DNA from: Eledone cirrhosa
Taxonomy: Eukaryota
Direction: 5' to 3'
Assembly: GCA_964016885.1 (NCBI GenBank)
Contig: OZ024740.1
Span: forward strand, 13,020,001 to 13,084,000
Length of the DNA stretch: 64,000 bases
The translations under genes and the position numbers were made by a program. Under the pieces are notes generated by a model. The model saw nothing but the letters and a program-made list of their open reading frames with translations, searched no databases and had not been told where the DNA came from. Shown in pieces: positions 62,561-64,000 of the stretch (the stretch's first letter is position 1; the number at the start of each line of letters is the position of its first letter).

Positions 62561-64000
62561 CTAATTAAGTTTATAATATTTGAAAGTTTTTCTAATTCTA
62601 TGTTTGCATGATATTATTAACTCCTGTCGCTTATTTAATAAGATATCATTAGATTTCATGATTTCAAATAGTTCTTGGGAGCATAACCTACACTCATATC
62701 TGCTATTTTGATAAGGGGTGGCCCTTTTGAGCACGCTCCAGGTCAGGTTGTAATCAATATCGCTCTTTCTATAATTATTAATTGCTTCAGCCAAGGAGGT
62801 TGTATTAGCTAATGCGGCATTTTAAAAACTATCTTTGTGGGTATTAAATCTTACTTTAAATTGGTTAGACGTAGCTCCTATATAGGATTGAGTGGAGTCC
62901 TTAGTACTAATTACACATTTATAGACTATTGTATTAATAGGACAATTTCCCTTTAATGGGCAATTTCTTTTGATTCTACAGTTACAACCATTCGTAAATA
63001 TTGTATCAGGAGAGTTAATTGTGTTATCTATAGTGGTATTAGTGTTACTATTTTCATTAGTGTATGGTTTAGAATGGGTTGCAATTAGATTAGTATGGTT
63101 AGACAGGTTGTTGGTTGGTGATAGTTTAGGGGATGTGGAGCTAGTAGAGCTCTGTTTGTTTTGGAGATTATTAGTCAAAATTGGTGTGGAAGAAGGTGGT
63201 TTGTTTTGGTTTATTTTAGTATTATTATGGTTGGTTTGATGTGTTGGTGGTATATTAATGTTTTTTTTTTACACTTATATATGTTGTAAGCACTTATATT
63301 CTGTTGTATATTCTTGGTAGTGGAATAGGAAAATTTGACAGTAGATTTATTTAAAATTTGATGGTATTTATGGTTTAGTGGGAAGTTTTTCTCTAGGATA
63401 GCAAAGAATTTTTTAGGGATATGGTCTTTAATCTGTAGATTAAATGGAGCATTATACCAAGTAACTCGTCTATTACGGTTTCGACATTGTTTCTTATATT
63501 TATATGATGTATCGGGAGGTTTACTCAGAGAGTTACTATTAATGATTCTATTATATATAGGTTTAGTTAGATTAATTGATTTAGATATTTTGGTCTGATT
63601 ACTAGGAAATTTGTTAGTGATGTTGTTGACATATGTTAGAGTATTAGGGTGAATGGTTTTTTGAAAGTCATTATCTTTTATGTGAGAAGAGGTAGTGAAA
63701 TTAAGTTTGGGGTTGGTGTTTTTAGGTGTAGTATGAGTGGCATTTAGGTGTGGGTTTTTCATTTGGTGTTTGTTGGTAATATTAGGTTGTATGTTTGAAA
63801 TATTATTGGTGCAAGGTATATAGACTAATTTGTTCTTGTGGCCGCTTCTAGCTAAAGCTTCATTATAAATCAAATCATGATGTATCGAATACATCATGAT
63901 TTGATGAAAGGTTAGAGATTCTGAGTGAGATATTATATGCTAGGTTGTTAAGGATAGATCTAGGGTGATTGGATTGTGAGTGTATGTAATGTAAGTTTTG
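62561..64000 (-). pseudogene. Naiad-type PLE ORF: RT thumb, Cys linker and GIY-YIG endonuclease, disrupted
   Basis: YIHSQSNHP...RISNLSS, YNEALARSGH, RVTWYNAPF...KFSYS, CNCRIKRNCPLKGNC, IVYKC...YIGATSNQFKVRFNTH, CRLCSQE...LNKRQE...CKH; TAA at 62822-62824, frameshifts near 63260 and 63880. Confidence 0.9.

Larger units (their letters stand above)
61309..64000 (-). mobile_element. Penelope-like retroelement, Naiad-type, 3' portion; continues beyond window end
   Basis: Coding relic plus long AT-rich 3' region with hammerhead, apparently ending at (TA)n near 61308 (left boundary inferred). Confidence 0.85.

Noticed and set aside
61730-62824. Selenoprotein-type Naiad (in-frame UGA plus SECIS)
   Set aside because: The in-frame stop at 62822-62824 is TAA at a non-Cys position; the GTGAA-helix in hammerhead stem II lacks the 3' GA needed for a SECIS core

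Overview
Animal (eukaryotic) repeat-rich, heterochromatin-like DNA with no recognisable host gene. The SINE families look like octopus/cephalopod ones (from memory, not searched), and TTAGGG repeats are consistent with that. 1-39.5 kb is one satellite array built from a 19-bp unit (CTAGTCTAATGTCTTGTCT) and a 14-bp unit, organised into layered multi-kb higher-order duplications. It ends in an inverted unit plus a short CG-rich cap at a (TA)n tract. 39.7-64 kb is a nest of decayed retroelements: two Penelope-like elements (GIY-YIG), R4/Dong-like, Tx1/L1, CRE and RTE non-LTR relics, tRNA-derived SINEs, a SINE-derived minisatellite, an interstitial (TTAGGG)n array and many microsatellites. The main signal not explained by the ORF track is ten type-I hammerhead ribozyme motifs in six sequence families, read by eye. 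Most have palindromic stem III, and four families have greatly enlarged stem II. Four families lie in non-coding 0.3-0.8 kb elements bounded by (TA)n, usually as inverted pairs, and one has a 657-bp terminally redundant unit. This suggests a community of retrozyme-like/non-autonomous Penelope RNAs. Coordinates of degenerate elements are approximate.
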